IMG/VR virus record: IMGVR_UViG_3300020112_000191
Span: 30,234-94,233 of that record
Length of the DNA: 64,000 nucleotides
Reading direction: 5' to 3' (one strand)
DNA from: a virus
Taxonomy: Duplodnaviria > Caudoviricetes
How positions within the stretch are numbered: position 1 is the first letter of the stretch; every line of letters begins with the position of its first letter. The notes under the pieces were generated by a model that was not told the DNA's origin, searched no databases, and saw only the letters and a list, made by a program, of their open reading frames with translations. The position numbers and the translations under genes were made by a program. Positions 1 to 8,600 of the stretch are shown piece after piece.

Positions 1-100
1 GAGAGACGAAATCATAGCAAAAGATATTGTTATGGACAAGAGTTTTATAAACGAAGTTGAATACACATTTCGTGACGAATTTGATTTCTACGAAGACTAA
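1..100 (+). CDS. 3' end of a hypothetical protein (truncated by window edge)
   Basis: Open frame from nt 2 (RDEIIAKDIVMDKSF...FDFYED) ending in TAA at 98-100, overlapping the helicase ATG (TAATG). Confidence 0.6.
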   Translation, partial: RDEIIAKDIVMDKSFINEVEYTFRDEFDFYED

Positions 101-1185
101 TGGGAGCAATAAGAAACCGAGTATTTAAGACTATTCGAGAGAATAAGAAGAATATCGAGAATGGCGTAATGAACTGCATTCCTTGGCCAATTCCAAGCAT
201 GAGATCAACGATTCCTGGTATTCGCCAGGGAAAGTATTACATGATCACAGCTCAGCAGAAGGTTGGTAAGACGCAGCTCAGTTGTTTTGTGCTATTTGAG
301 GCTATTTTGTACGCATATAAGCATAAGAGTGATATTCATCTAAAGATATTCTGTTTTCCTCTTGAAGAGACTCCAGAATTGATTATGGAGAGATTTATCT
401 CGTATGTGCTACATAAGGCCGATTCAAATGTAAGACTTACAGCTACCGATATGGAGTCTATTTCTAAGGGATTAAGTGATGATTATCTCAATTTGATTAC
501 GAAGGATCCAGAGCTTATTAAGCTTCTTGATTTCTTCGAGAGCGTCATTACATTCTCCGAAGAGAGAACTCCTACTGGTATCTGGAAAGTGTGTAGTCGC
601 TATGCAGATGAAACTGGCGATATTGAATATGAAGAATATCCAAAGCCAGATGGAACTGTAGGCAAAAGGAGAGTTGGTTATACTCAAGGAGATAAAAAGG
701 AGTACAGAATTATCTGGGTAGATCACTTAGGTTTACTTGGTACAGATAATTCAGCTCCTACGATTCGAGAGGCTATTCAACAGATGAGTTCGTTGTATTT
801 CGTAAAATTAAGGAATATTTACAATTTTACGATTTTAGCAGTACAACAGCAAATGGCCTACGATACTATAGACGCTTTCAAGCTAGATAAGATTGAGCCT
901 AGTGCAACAAACTTGTCAGATAACAAGGCTACAGCGAAGGATGTCAATACAATGATTGGCCTCTGGAGTCCTTATATGCTTGGAAAAGATACAATAGCAG
1001 ATTGTCCAATAAGCTTTAGAAGATTGACTCATTTTGGTCGTATCTTAAAGGTATGCGTTAATCGAGATGGTATTTGTGGAGATAGTTATCCTCTATTCAT
1101 GGATGGTGCTGTATCTTCATTTGAGCCAATGACCGCAGAAACTATAAATGAGCAATATACTAGAGCAGCAATATTAAGCAAATAA
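100..1185 (+). CDS. DnaB/SF4-like replicative helicase
   Basis: Walker A-like AQQKVGKT, Walker B-like IIWVDHLGL, LAVQQ motif and late VNRDG arginine-finger region; 361 aa; replication-module context. Confidence 0.8.
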   Translation: MGAIRNRVFKTIRENKKNIENGVMNCIPWPIPSMRSTIPGIRQGKYYMITAQQKVGKTQLSCFVLFEAILYAYKHKSDIHLKIFCFPLEETPELIMERFISYVLHKADSNVRLTATDMESISKGLSDDYLNLITKDPELIKLLDFFESVITFSEERTPTGIWKVCSRYADETGDIEYEEYPKPDGTVGKRRVGYTQGDKKEYRIIWVDHLGLLGTDNSAPTIREAIQQMSSLYFVKLRNIYNFTILAVQQQMAYDTIDAFKLDKIEPSATNLSDNKATAKDVNTMIGLWSPYMLGKDTIADCPISFRRLTHFGRILKVCVNRDGICGDSYPLFMDGAVSSFEPMTAETINEQYTRAAILSK

Positions 1186-1391
1186 CATTAGAAGAATTTA
1201 AATCTAAGTTTTATCATACGTTAGAAAATTTAGCGGTTACAGATAGCATATATTGTAATAAGTCAATAGAACTTCTTGCAAATGGAGATGCTAATGTCAA
1301 AATTTCGTATGATAAAGCAGAAAACGATTTTATAATAGATAGCTATGCTATTAGCACAGATCCAGATTTTCGTTGGGAATGGGTAAATAGC

Positions 1392-1781
1392 GTGTATTTA
1401 AATAATAATGACACAAATCCTACAATTAACGACATTAAGTGTATAGCAAATAATACAGTAACTAAATATAACAAAACAATGGAAAATTATAACAAAACAA
1501 AAGAAAATATAGAAAATAATAATAAAACAGTAGATAACGTCAACCACCCTAAGCATTATACAAGAGAGAACGCTATTCAGTGCATTGACGAAATGGTAAT
1601 GGTATTCGGTATTGAAGAAACAATGCATTTCTGCAAGCTCAATGCCTGGAAGTATCGCTATCGTGCAGCGGACAAGAACGGTGCAGAAGATATCGCTAAG
1701 TCTGACTGGTACATGAATAAGTATAAGGAACTCTCAGATAAGTTGGTTGAGAAGCAGTATGTAACAACTATCACTAAGTAA
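1392..1781 (+). CDS. DUF3310-like phage protein; true start uncertain (frame open from 1164, internal ATG at 1479)
   Basis: DNVNHPKHY...CID...F CKLNAWKYRYRA..KNGAEDIAKSDWY is the typical DUF3310 signature. Confidence 0.8.
   Translation: MYLNNNDTNPTINDIKCIANNTVTKYNKTMENYNKTKENIENNNKTVDNVNHPKHYTRENAIQCIDEMVMVFGIEETMHFCKLNAWKYRYRAADKNGAEDIAKSDWYMNKYKELSDKLVEKQYVTTITK
1467..1538 (+). repeat. Imperfect 21-nt tandem repeat (YNKTxEN-type)
   Basis: tataacaaaacaatggaaaat / tataacaaaacaaaagaaaat, with a degenerate third copy aataataaaacagtagataac at 1518. Confidence 0.6.
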
Positions 1782-1785
1782 TCGA

Positions 1786-1974
1786 ATGACTAATATCAAG
1801 ACAAATGACTTTGTTAAGATGTTAAAGAAAAATGGCTACTATTCAGTAAGAATGAATGGTAGCCATGAAATATTCGAGAACAAAGAGGGAGATAGTTTGT
1901 GTGTGCCAACTGGTAAGAGAGAGATGTGTGGTCCAATGGCAAAACGATTAATTAAAGAACACAATTTAAAATAA
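1786..1974 (+). CDS. hicA: HicA-family (dsRBD-fold) RNase toxin-like protein
   Basis: 62 aa basic protein with pattern LKKNGY..VRMNGSHEIF.....CVP....M...MAKRLIK; catalytic GSH motif present. Confidence 0.8.
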   Translation: MTNIKTNDFVKMLKKNGYYSVRMNGSHEIFENKEGDSLCVPTGKREMCGPMAKRLIKEHNLK

Positions 1975-1981
1975 ATTAACA

Positions 1982-2350
1982 ATGAGTTATTATAGCGAAG
2001 TCAAGCTTAAGGCTGGCGTAAAAATACAGAACAAGGTTGCTGAGATTGAAGCAAAGCACGGACACAAGTTGTTCGCAAAAGTTAAGGATTCAGAAAGTGA
2101 TCCAGAATTTAAGATTTACAGCGGTATTGGAAAGTGGTATAAAACAGATCCAATGGTTGCTGAGTTTATGCGCTATCTAGAGGATATAGAAGAAGAAGAT
2201 TGCCTCAATGACGAACCTATGGATATAGAGCGCAATTTCTGTTTCCTTCGCGTTGGAGATGGCATTGATTATCAATACGATGATATTGAATATCTTGCTT
2301 GTTCTCCATACATGAATACAACATTGAGAGTCGGAATTATAGAAGACTAA
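1982..2350 (+). CDS. Hypothetical phage protein
   Basis: 122 aa ORF, tight operon spacing; MSYYSEV / KWY / FLRVG pattern resembles a recurring uncharacterised phage family. Confidence 0.7.
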   Translation: MSYYSEVKLKAGVKIQNKVAEIEAKHGHKLFAKVKDSESDPEFKIYSGIGKWYKTDPMVAEFMRYLEDIEEEDCLNDEPMDIERNFCFLRVGDGIDYQYDDIEYLACSPYMNTTLRVGIIED

Positions 2351-2351
2351 T

Positions 2352-2510
2352 ATGAAGTTCAAGGTAACGTACACAGATAAATTGACTAGCAAGGCTCACG
2401 AATTCACTCTTGATGCAGCGAGCCTTGACTATGCCAAATGGCACGTAGAAGGCTATTTTGAGACCTTTCTAATCGATGCTGACAATGTAACTATAACGGA
2501 AGTAAAATGA
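2352..2510 (+). CDS. Small hypothetical protein (52 aa, not in ORF track)
   Basis: MKFKVTYTDKLTSKAHEFTLDAASLDYAKWHVEGYFETFLIDADNVTITEVK; exactly fills the gap, ATGA overlap with the next gene. Confidence 0.75.
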   Translation: MKFKVTYTDKLTSKAHEFTLDAASLDYAKWHVEGYFETFLIDADNVTITEVK

Positions 2511-2737
2511 GCAAAATAATCAAATTTGGAACGCCATGCTGTCCTATGTGTAAGATGATTGGCGAATACATGAAGAAGAATAACATCGAGTTTGAAGATG
2601 TAGATATGTCAGATCCAGCAAATAAGCACTATGAAGAGGAATATCAGATTCGTAATATTCCTGTAGTAGTAATTGATGGAGAGATTTATCGCACAGCTCT
2701 AGACGCAAAGAAGGCAATCGATAATCTTTTAAAGTAA
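2507..2737 (+). CDS. Glutaredoxin/NrdH-like redoxin
   Basis: CPMC (CxxC) motif, NIEFEDVD and cis-Pro loop NIPVVVIDGE; 76 aa. Confidence 0.85.
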   Translation: MSKIIKFGTPCCPMCKMIGEYMKKNNIEFEDVDMSDPANKHYEEEYQIRNIPVVVIDGEIYRTALDAKKAIDNLLK

Positions 2738-2743
2738 TTTAAT

Positions 2744-2962
2744 ATGGAATCAGAGAGATTTAAAGCATTCCAGGAAATGGCTACCAAGCTTTGTGAAGAG
2801 CAACCAAAGATCAATTTAGCAATGTTTTACATAGATACAATGGAGAGGCTTAATCTTGCTATTTCCGTAATGCCTATGAAGGTAAGAGCTAATTATTGCA
2901 AGTTGATTGCACGTTATGAAAAAGAGATGACAGCTCTTGCAGAAGAGGAAGCAAAAGAGTAA
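2744..2962 (+). CDS. Hypothetical protein
   Basis: 72 aa ORF, A-rich initiation region, operon spacing. Confidence 0.65.
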   Translation: MESERFKAFQEMATKLCEEQPKINLAMFYIDTMERLNLAISVMPMKVRANYCKLIARYEKEMTALAEEEAKE

Positions 2963-2967
2963 CTTTG
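2936..2967 (+). promoter_or_regulatory. Bacteroidota primary-sigma promoter (-33 CTTG, N20, -7 TAACTTTG)
   Basis: TAnnTTTG at 2960-2967 overlapping the upstream stop codon; TTG 20 nt upstream; 15 nt before ATG 2983. Confidence 0.7.
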
Positions 2968-2982
2968 CCGAAAAAATAAATT

Positions 2983-3765
2983 ATGAGTTATACAGATGAT
3001 GAGTTACTGAAGAAAGTAGCTGCTGCGAAGTATATTGCTGGTAAGGCGGTTGGAGCTGAGAGTAAACCTATTAAAGAGAGATACGAGAGAATACAGGGAG
3101 GTTTGGCTAATCCAGATCTAGCTCCAGGCGAAATGATCACTGATGGAACTTACGGCACTAATATGAGCAAGCAAGCTATGTCGGCTATTATTTCTGGTGT
3201 AGACGAAGGGAAAAACGGCGATGTAATTACTGAGGGAAGTTTGAATGATGAACAATTAGATTTGTTAAGAAGAGCTATCGCTATGGATATGTCGCAGAAA
3301 GGCGGCAGATCTGGAGTAGTTGATGGAGATAATATAATCCCAGCAATGCTTGGTTATAGTCGAATCGATGATGCTGGCAGAGCAAATACCGTTAAGGGAG
3401 TATTTGGCGCAGCAAATAATAATATCGAGTCGTTTATACCAAACACATTGGGAAGCTTTGGTTACGAGATTGATGAAGACGGAAACGCATGGGTGAATGA
3501 CGTATTTGATTTCTCCAAAACTAAAGATGGCTCAAATCACACAATGGCAAGAAAGATGCTGGGTAATTCTCTACAAGAAAAGAATAGCGGAGAGAATTAT
3601 AATGCTCCACGAAGCGTATTTAATCTGGGTAATATCTATGATTTATTGGGCGAAATGTCTGACAAAACAGACTGGACTGGCACAATAAAACAAGGTGATT
3701 ATTCAAGATTAAAGAAGGGTGAAGCACCAGCTTATCTACAAGAAGAAGATACTGATTGGTTCTAG
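2983..3765 (+). CDS. Hypothetical acidic/Gly-rich protein in its own transcription unit
   Basis: 260 aa ORF bracketed by a promoter and a terminator; ends TAG TAA. Confidence 0.75.
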   Translation: MSYTDDELLKKVAAAKYIAGKAVGAESKPIKERYERIQGGLANPDLAPGEMITDGTYGTNMSKQAMSAIISGVDEGKNGDVITEGSLNDEQLDLLRRAIAMDMSQKGGRSGVVDGDNIIPAMLGYSRIDDAGRANTVKGVFGAANNNIESFIPNTLGSFGYEIDEDGNAWVNDVFDFSKTKDGSNHTMARKMLGNSLQEKNSGENYNAPRSVFNLGNIYDLLGEMSDKTDWTGTIKQGDYSRLKKGEAPAYLQEEDTDWF

Positions 3766-3773
3766 TAACTCTA

Positions 3774-3805
3774 AAGGGTGGGTAGTTTTACTACTCATCC
3801 TTTTT
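3774..3805 (+). terminator. Intrinsic terminator
   Basis: GGGTGGGTAG-tttta-CTACTCATCC followed by TTTTT. Confidence 0.8.
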
Positions 3806-3828
3806 CTGTATTTAAAAACATTAAAACT

Positions 3829-3936
3829 ATGGTAGATATTATAAAAGAAGTAGAGCGAGATAGGCAAATGCTCTACACAAAGAATGAAGTTATTGATTTA
3901 TTAAACAAACTTAAAGAGCAATTAACAAACAATTAA
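3829..3936 (+). CDS. Small hypothetical protein (35 aa, not in ORF track)
   Basis: MVDIIKEVERDRQMLYTKNEVIDLLNKLKEQLTNN; initiation region (ttaaaactATGGTAGA) nearly identical to that of the next gene (ttaaaattATGGTAGA). Confidence 0.55.
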   Translation: MVDIIKEVERDRQMLYTKNEVIDLLNKLKEQLTNN

Positions 3937-3947
3937 AAATTAAAATT

Positions 3948-4235
3948 ATGGTAGAAGTAAAAATATATGTAAACGAGAAGGTTATTCGTAGAGGTGATGT
4001 AGAAAGTGATTATCATTTTCATCATTCAGAGAAATTTTCATCAGCCAAAGCAGCTCAGAAATTCGTAAAATCAAAGATGAATGACGCTAAATATCGTGGA
4101 AAGGAGACTAGCGTATTCATGGGTAAAAAGAAGGACGAAATTTCTAGACTTATAGTATTTACTGGAGAGCGTTGGATCAACGAAAATTCTGGCGAAGAGT
4201 GTTTTGGGTGTACATCTTATTGTATTGAGAAATAA
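3948..4235 (+). CDS. Hypothetical protein
   Basis: 95 aa ORF, TAATG overlap with thyX. Confidence 0.7.
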   Translation: MVEVKIYVNEKVIRRGDVESDYHFHHSEKFSSAKAAQKFVKSKMNDAKYRGKETSVFMGKKKDEISRLIVFTGERWINENSGEECFGCTSYCIEK

Positions 4236-5110
4236 TGAAGCTATTAGATCAAACAATTGAATTTTTAACTCCAGAGAATTACACACTTGAGAATTCTCTT
4301 AAGATAGCAGAGCTTGCTGGTCGTACAGCTTATAAAAGTGAAGATAAGATTACCGAAGATAGTTACGAGCGTTTCTGTAACGCAATGAAGAAGAGTCAGC
4401 ATTTCGCTGTTCTTGAGCATGCAACAATCTATCTGATGGTATTCTATAATTCGCAAGATCAGCAAGAAGTATTCAAGTATAACAATCTAAAGAAATTCTA
4501 TACAGAGAATCCTTACAGCTATTGCTACGAAGCTGCCTATGGTAATATTCTGTATATAACTACTAATTATCGTGTAATACTTGAGCATAGTCGAGAGGAC
4601 GATCTTAGATATATAAGTATGCCGCAGGCTCGTCACGTAAAGAGATATACATATAAGTGCATAACTAATCGCCAGGTGGCTAATGAGATCGTTCGTCATC
4701 GTGCTGGTGCTAGTTATCTCCAGGAATCAACCAGATATTGCGACTATAATAAGGAGAAATTTAACAATGAGTTGAATTTTATTAAGCCTTGGTGGTTTGA
4801 CATTGAAGATGATACGCACACAGATTCTGACAAAGAAACTATTAAGAAGTATCTTGGTCTTGTCGAGATGACTTACCAAGGAATGAAAAATCTGTCGGCT
4901 CAGGAGAAAGCGCAGATATTGCCATTATCTACTAAGACTGAGATCGTAATGACTCTTGACGAATATGCATGGGAGCATTTCTTTGATCTTAGATTATTCG
5001 GCAAGACTGGCGCACCGCATCCACAGATGAAGCAGCTGGCCGAGATGATTTTTGACGATATGAGAAAGAGACAATTGATAATGCAAGCGAATACTGACGA
5101 TAACGATTAG
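4235..5110 (+). CDS. thyX: Flavin-dependent thymidylate synthase
   Basis: HFAVLEHA, signature EIVRHRAGASYLQESTRY, LPLSTKTEIVMT, W.HFFDLR and AHP-like motifs. Confidence 0.92.
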   Translation: MKLLDQTIEFLTPENYTLENSLKIAELAGRTAYKSEDKITEDSYERFCNAMKKSQHFAVLEHATIYLMVFYNSQDQQEVFKYNNLKKFYTENPYSYCYEAAYGNILYITTNYRVILEHSREDDLRYISMPQARHVKRYTYKCITNRQVANEIVRHRAGASYLQESTRYCDYNKEKFNNELNFIKPWWFDIEDDTHTDSDKETIKKYLGLVEMTYQGMKNLSAQEKAQILPLSTKTEIVMTLDEYAWEHFFDLRLFGKTGAPHPQMKQLAEMIFDDMRKRQLIMQANTDDND

Positions 5111-5114
5111 AGAG

Positions 5115-5537
5115 ATGAAACGTAGTTTTAAGAAGGGATTAGAGAAGCATAATTATTTGGTAATATATTTGTCTGTAGGCAATAACGAATATCCGTTTAT
5201 TCTGGACACAGGCGCACCTTACAACATTTTCAATCCAGAAGTTGTATCTAAGCTGGATAATGAGACTATTAATGAGGTGGAGCTATTAGATTCAGATGTA
5301 AGCAATATGTTTGGCCCTGGAGCAACTGGGAAGAAAACACCATTTGATAATAAGTATATAAAGTTAAACCTTTGGGGAATTGGGTTAATTAGATTTGAGT
5401 ATTGTGACATGAAGGTAGCGTTTGAGCAATTTAGAAAAATCTTCGGAGAATCACCTATGGGTATTCTTGGCGGCGAATTCTTCAAGCAACATAACGCATG
5501 TATTAGTTACAAAACAAAAACTATAATAATCGATTAA
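5115..5537 (+). CDS. Retropepsin-like aspartyl protease
   Basis: Catalytic FILDTGA and C-terminal GILGGEFF motifs; 140 aa single domain. Confidence 0.85.
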   Translation: MKRSFKKGLEKHNYLVIYLSVGNNEYPFILDTGAPYNIFNPEVVSKLDNETINEVELLDSDVSNMFGPGATGKKTPFDNKYIKLNLWGIGLIRFEYCDMKVAFEQFRKIFGESPMGILGGEFFKQHNACISYKTKTIIID

Positions 5538-5543
5538 GTCCTG

Positions 5544-5583
5544 AGGGTATTGGCACAAAAAAGTGCTGATACCCTTTTTTTTT
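5544..5583 (+). terminator. Intrinsic terminator ending the replication/metabolism operon
   Basis: AGGGTATTGGCAC-aaaaaa-GTGCTGATACCCT followed by a long T run. Confidence 0.85.
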
Positions 5584-5597
5584 AAACAGAAAAGCAT

Positions 5598-5605
5598 TAA
5601 CTTTG
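5598..5605 (+). promoter_or_regulatory. Host-type -7 promoter element for the vRNAP gene
   Basis: TAACTTTG(C) 25 nt upstream of ATG 5631, directly after the terminator. Confidence 0.65.
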
Positions 5606-5630
5606 CCCCAAACATTTAATACGTATTGAA

Positions 5631-8600
5631 ATGTCAAATTTTTGTGTAGTACTTTTTCCTGGTGACAAACACTTGGCGGCTCTCGACGCTATATTGTCTA
5701 AGCAAGGAGCTATAAAGAAGGTATCTCAGACAAGTGCAGATCTTATAACAGCATCGCATTGTATTGGAGCAGCCTTTGATGAGCTTGGCATAGACTTTGA
5801 AGAAAGTCAAGAGGTTCCTCAAGGAGTGTACGAGAAGGCTGCTTCATTGTATAGAGCTAATAACAAAGATTGTCAGATGACTCTTAGCAATGGAAATACC
5901 TATATCGTAGATCCAGTAACAAGTGAAAAATGGGCTGTAGTGGACGGCAAGTTCGTAAGTATAGATTACGCAAACGATCCAGTATTAGCTCCATTAAAAG
6001 AACTAGAGATGAATCCAGAGATGAATAAAACTGAGATTCGTCTTGCTATTCAGGAATGTCAAGATGCCTGCAATAATCTTCTCTACAAAGAGCCATTAAT
6101 GGATGGCAATAGAGAACATGCAATGCGTATGGCATTCTCTTCACAGCAGCTTAATGAGCATTGTGACACAATTGCTCACTTATTCTCTGAGTATCTTACA
6201 AGAGATATCAACAGAAAGATTAAGGAATTCGAAGCTCTCGTAAATGGTATAGAGAAAGATTCTATTGCATGGGATCAAGAGTCTGTTTACGAAGCTGCTG
6301 CTATTACTAAGAATGAATCTATGTCTGACGCTTACAATAAAGAAGCGGTTCTTACTGCTCTTAGAAAGCGTTTGAATTCATTCTATGAAAATCGTTTTGA
6401 AGCAGCCAGAATCATTACTGGTGGATCAGCTTCTGTATTCAACGATGTGTTTAATGATTTAGAGGATGTAACTGATGCTATTAAAGCATTTGAAGCTGGC
6501 GATTACGCTAATTTCGCTCCAGTAGTACGTCTTGGTCTTGCAAAGATGAATATGCTTGCTGGTCTTGATCTTACTAAGCTTGGTGCAAAGAATTATGAAT
6601 ATCTCGCTCAGAATATAATTCCTCAGCTTAAGAAGATGTTATCTACTATCGAGAAGATCATTTCGTTTAAGAAAGAGATAATACAGCGTTCCTGTAGTAA
6701 TCTTGAGACGATTGAGACAGATATGAAGGTAAATTTCAAGGAAGCTACCTCTAATCAAAAAGAAACTGATTTCCTCGAAAATGAGGATAACGAAGATAAA
6801 GAACACTGGATGACAAGTTATACCTCTGTATCCATAGAGAACTCGATGTCAGCCCAGATGAAACTCTTCTTCGCTAACATCGAACAAACCGACAATGCTG
6901 GCAAACCAAAGATTAATTCACTTGGTCGCTCTACATTTGTCGGATTCGGTAAAACCTATGTAAAGATTGCTCAGCTTCTCTCTGATGCTGTATCTGAATC
7001 AGACGTAATGGATCGTCTAAAGAAGGCAGCAGTCACAAATCCTTGGATCAATAAGGTAATTAAGAGACTTGAAGAGTCTAAAGCTACTATGTTCCAGGAT
7101 GACTACGAGAAGTATGATTCATTCTACGCTGAGTTTTTCCATTGCTTCAGAAAGGATGAAGAGCTTCTTGCTGCTGTAGAGGCTGAATCTGCTTACGGCG
7201 TTGATACTTATACATCGCACAATATAAATCGTATTGGTGGTGTTCAAGTGATGGCTGAAGGCTGGATGCAAAATCTTGCTGGCTTCTGCATGGGTGTTGG
7301 CGAAGATCACTTTAAGATCTTCAATGAAGATGGCACTCTCAACGAAGAGGAATATACAGCTCTTATGGCTATGGTTAAGTCTAAGGCTAATATCGTTGAG
7401 AAGGCAAAAAATGACAATGAAGAAGCTGTAAACTTTGTGTATGAAGCCCTTTGTGCTATCGGTATGCCAATCGAATCTAAGGAATCTCTTCAGAAGGTTC
7501 TTAAGCAGATGCCTGATAATGTTATCTCTTCAATTCAGAATAAGATATTTGACGGCAATAAGGGTGCTCTAGCTCAGTTGAAGATTTCTTTCGGTGGTGC
7601 TAATAGCAATCGTAGCTTAATAGCTTGGGCTGAGAATGGATACCAGAATTTCCACATGAAGAAGATGGCTTACTATTTTAGAGACGCTGCAGAGGCTGTT
7701 TCTGAATCATCTGTAACTCATAACGGCAAGACTAGATATTCGCTTGTATCACCTAATTTCATAGGTCGTTTAGCGAAGATCCTTTCTTCTGAAGATACAG
7801 AGAGAGCTAAGAAATTCCTCAAGGAGCAGTATGAATTCCTCTATAATTCTAGGCTTGATTCATTCAATAATAACTATCTGGATTTCATTTACCAGAATCT
7901 TAAGAAGGGTCGCACGTTCGATATGGAGATGTCGAATATGATTTCCTTTGGAGAGAAAGATTATACAGATTTTAACTATGCTGAGACTCAGCTTGTTGGT
8001 ATAGTTAATTTCTTTGAAAATCAGGGTGAAGATTCAGATGCAAAACAAAACGTTGCACCATTTGTATCACCACTTCAGGCAGATAAGCCATCAATGAACT
8101 TGATGCGTTGTCCTGTATATTCGGTTGATGATATAAAGCTATTTGGCGGCCAGCGTAAAACTATTACTGGAGAACTTGATATACAGCGTGGATCTGTTAC
8201 TCAGTCATTGGTTAATGAGATCAATCGTATAAACAAAGTAGGCAAACGTCTTTCTATAATGGTTGAAGCCAAGCAGAAGGGCGTTAAATCTCCTATAGCT
8301 CCGATAACGAATTATGATGCAGTATTCGAGATAAAGGATGGCAAAGTAAAGATTAAGAAGCCTAATGGCCTTACATTTACAACTCATCCATTCTTCAATA
8401 CAGCTAAATTCGTATATGATGCAGCAACTGATACCTTGAAGCTTGGAGTAGATGGACAATCTCTTCTTGACATTCTTAATTCTCTTGACGAAATGGATAC
8501 TCATAGAGAATCAATCATTCGCCAGGCAGCTAAGATTAGTTATGAAGAGAATTTAAATGATTATTTTGAGAAGCTTAAGCGTGAAGGTTTGTTCGTTCAG

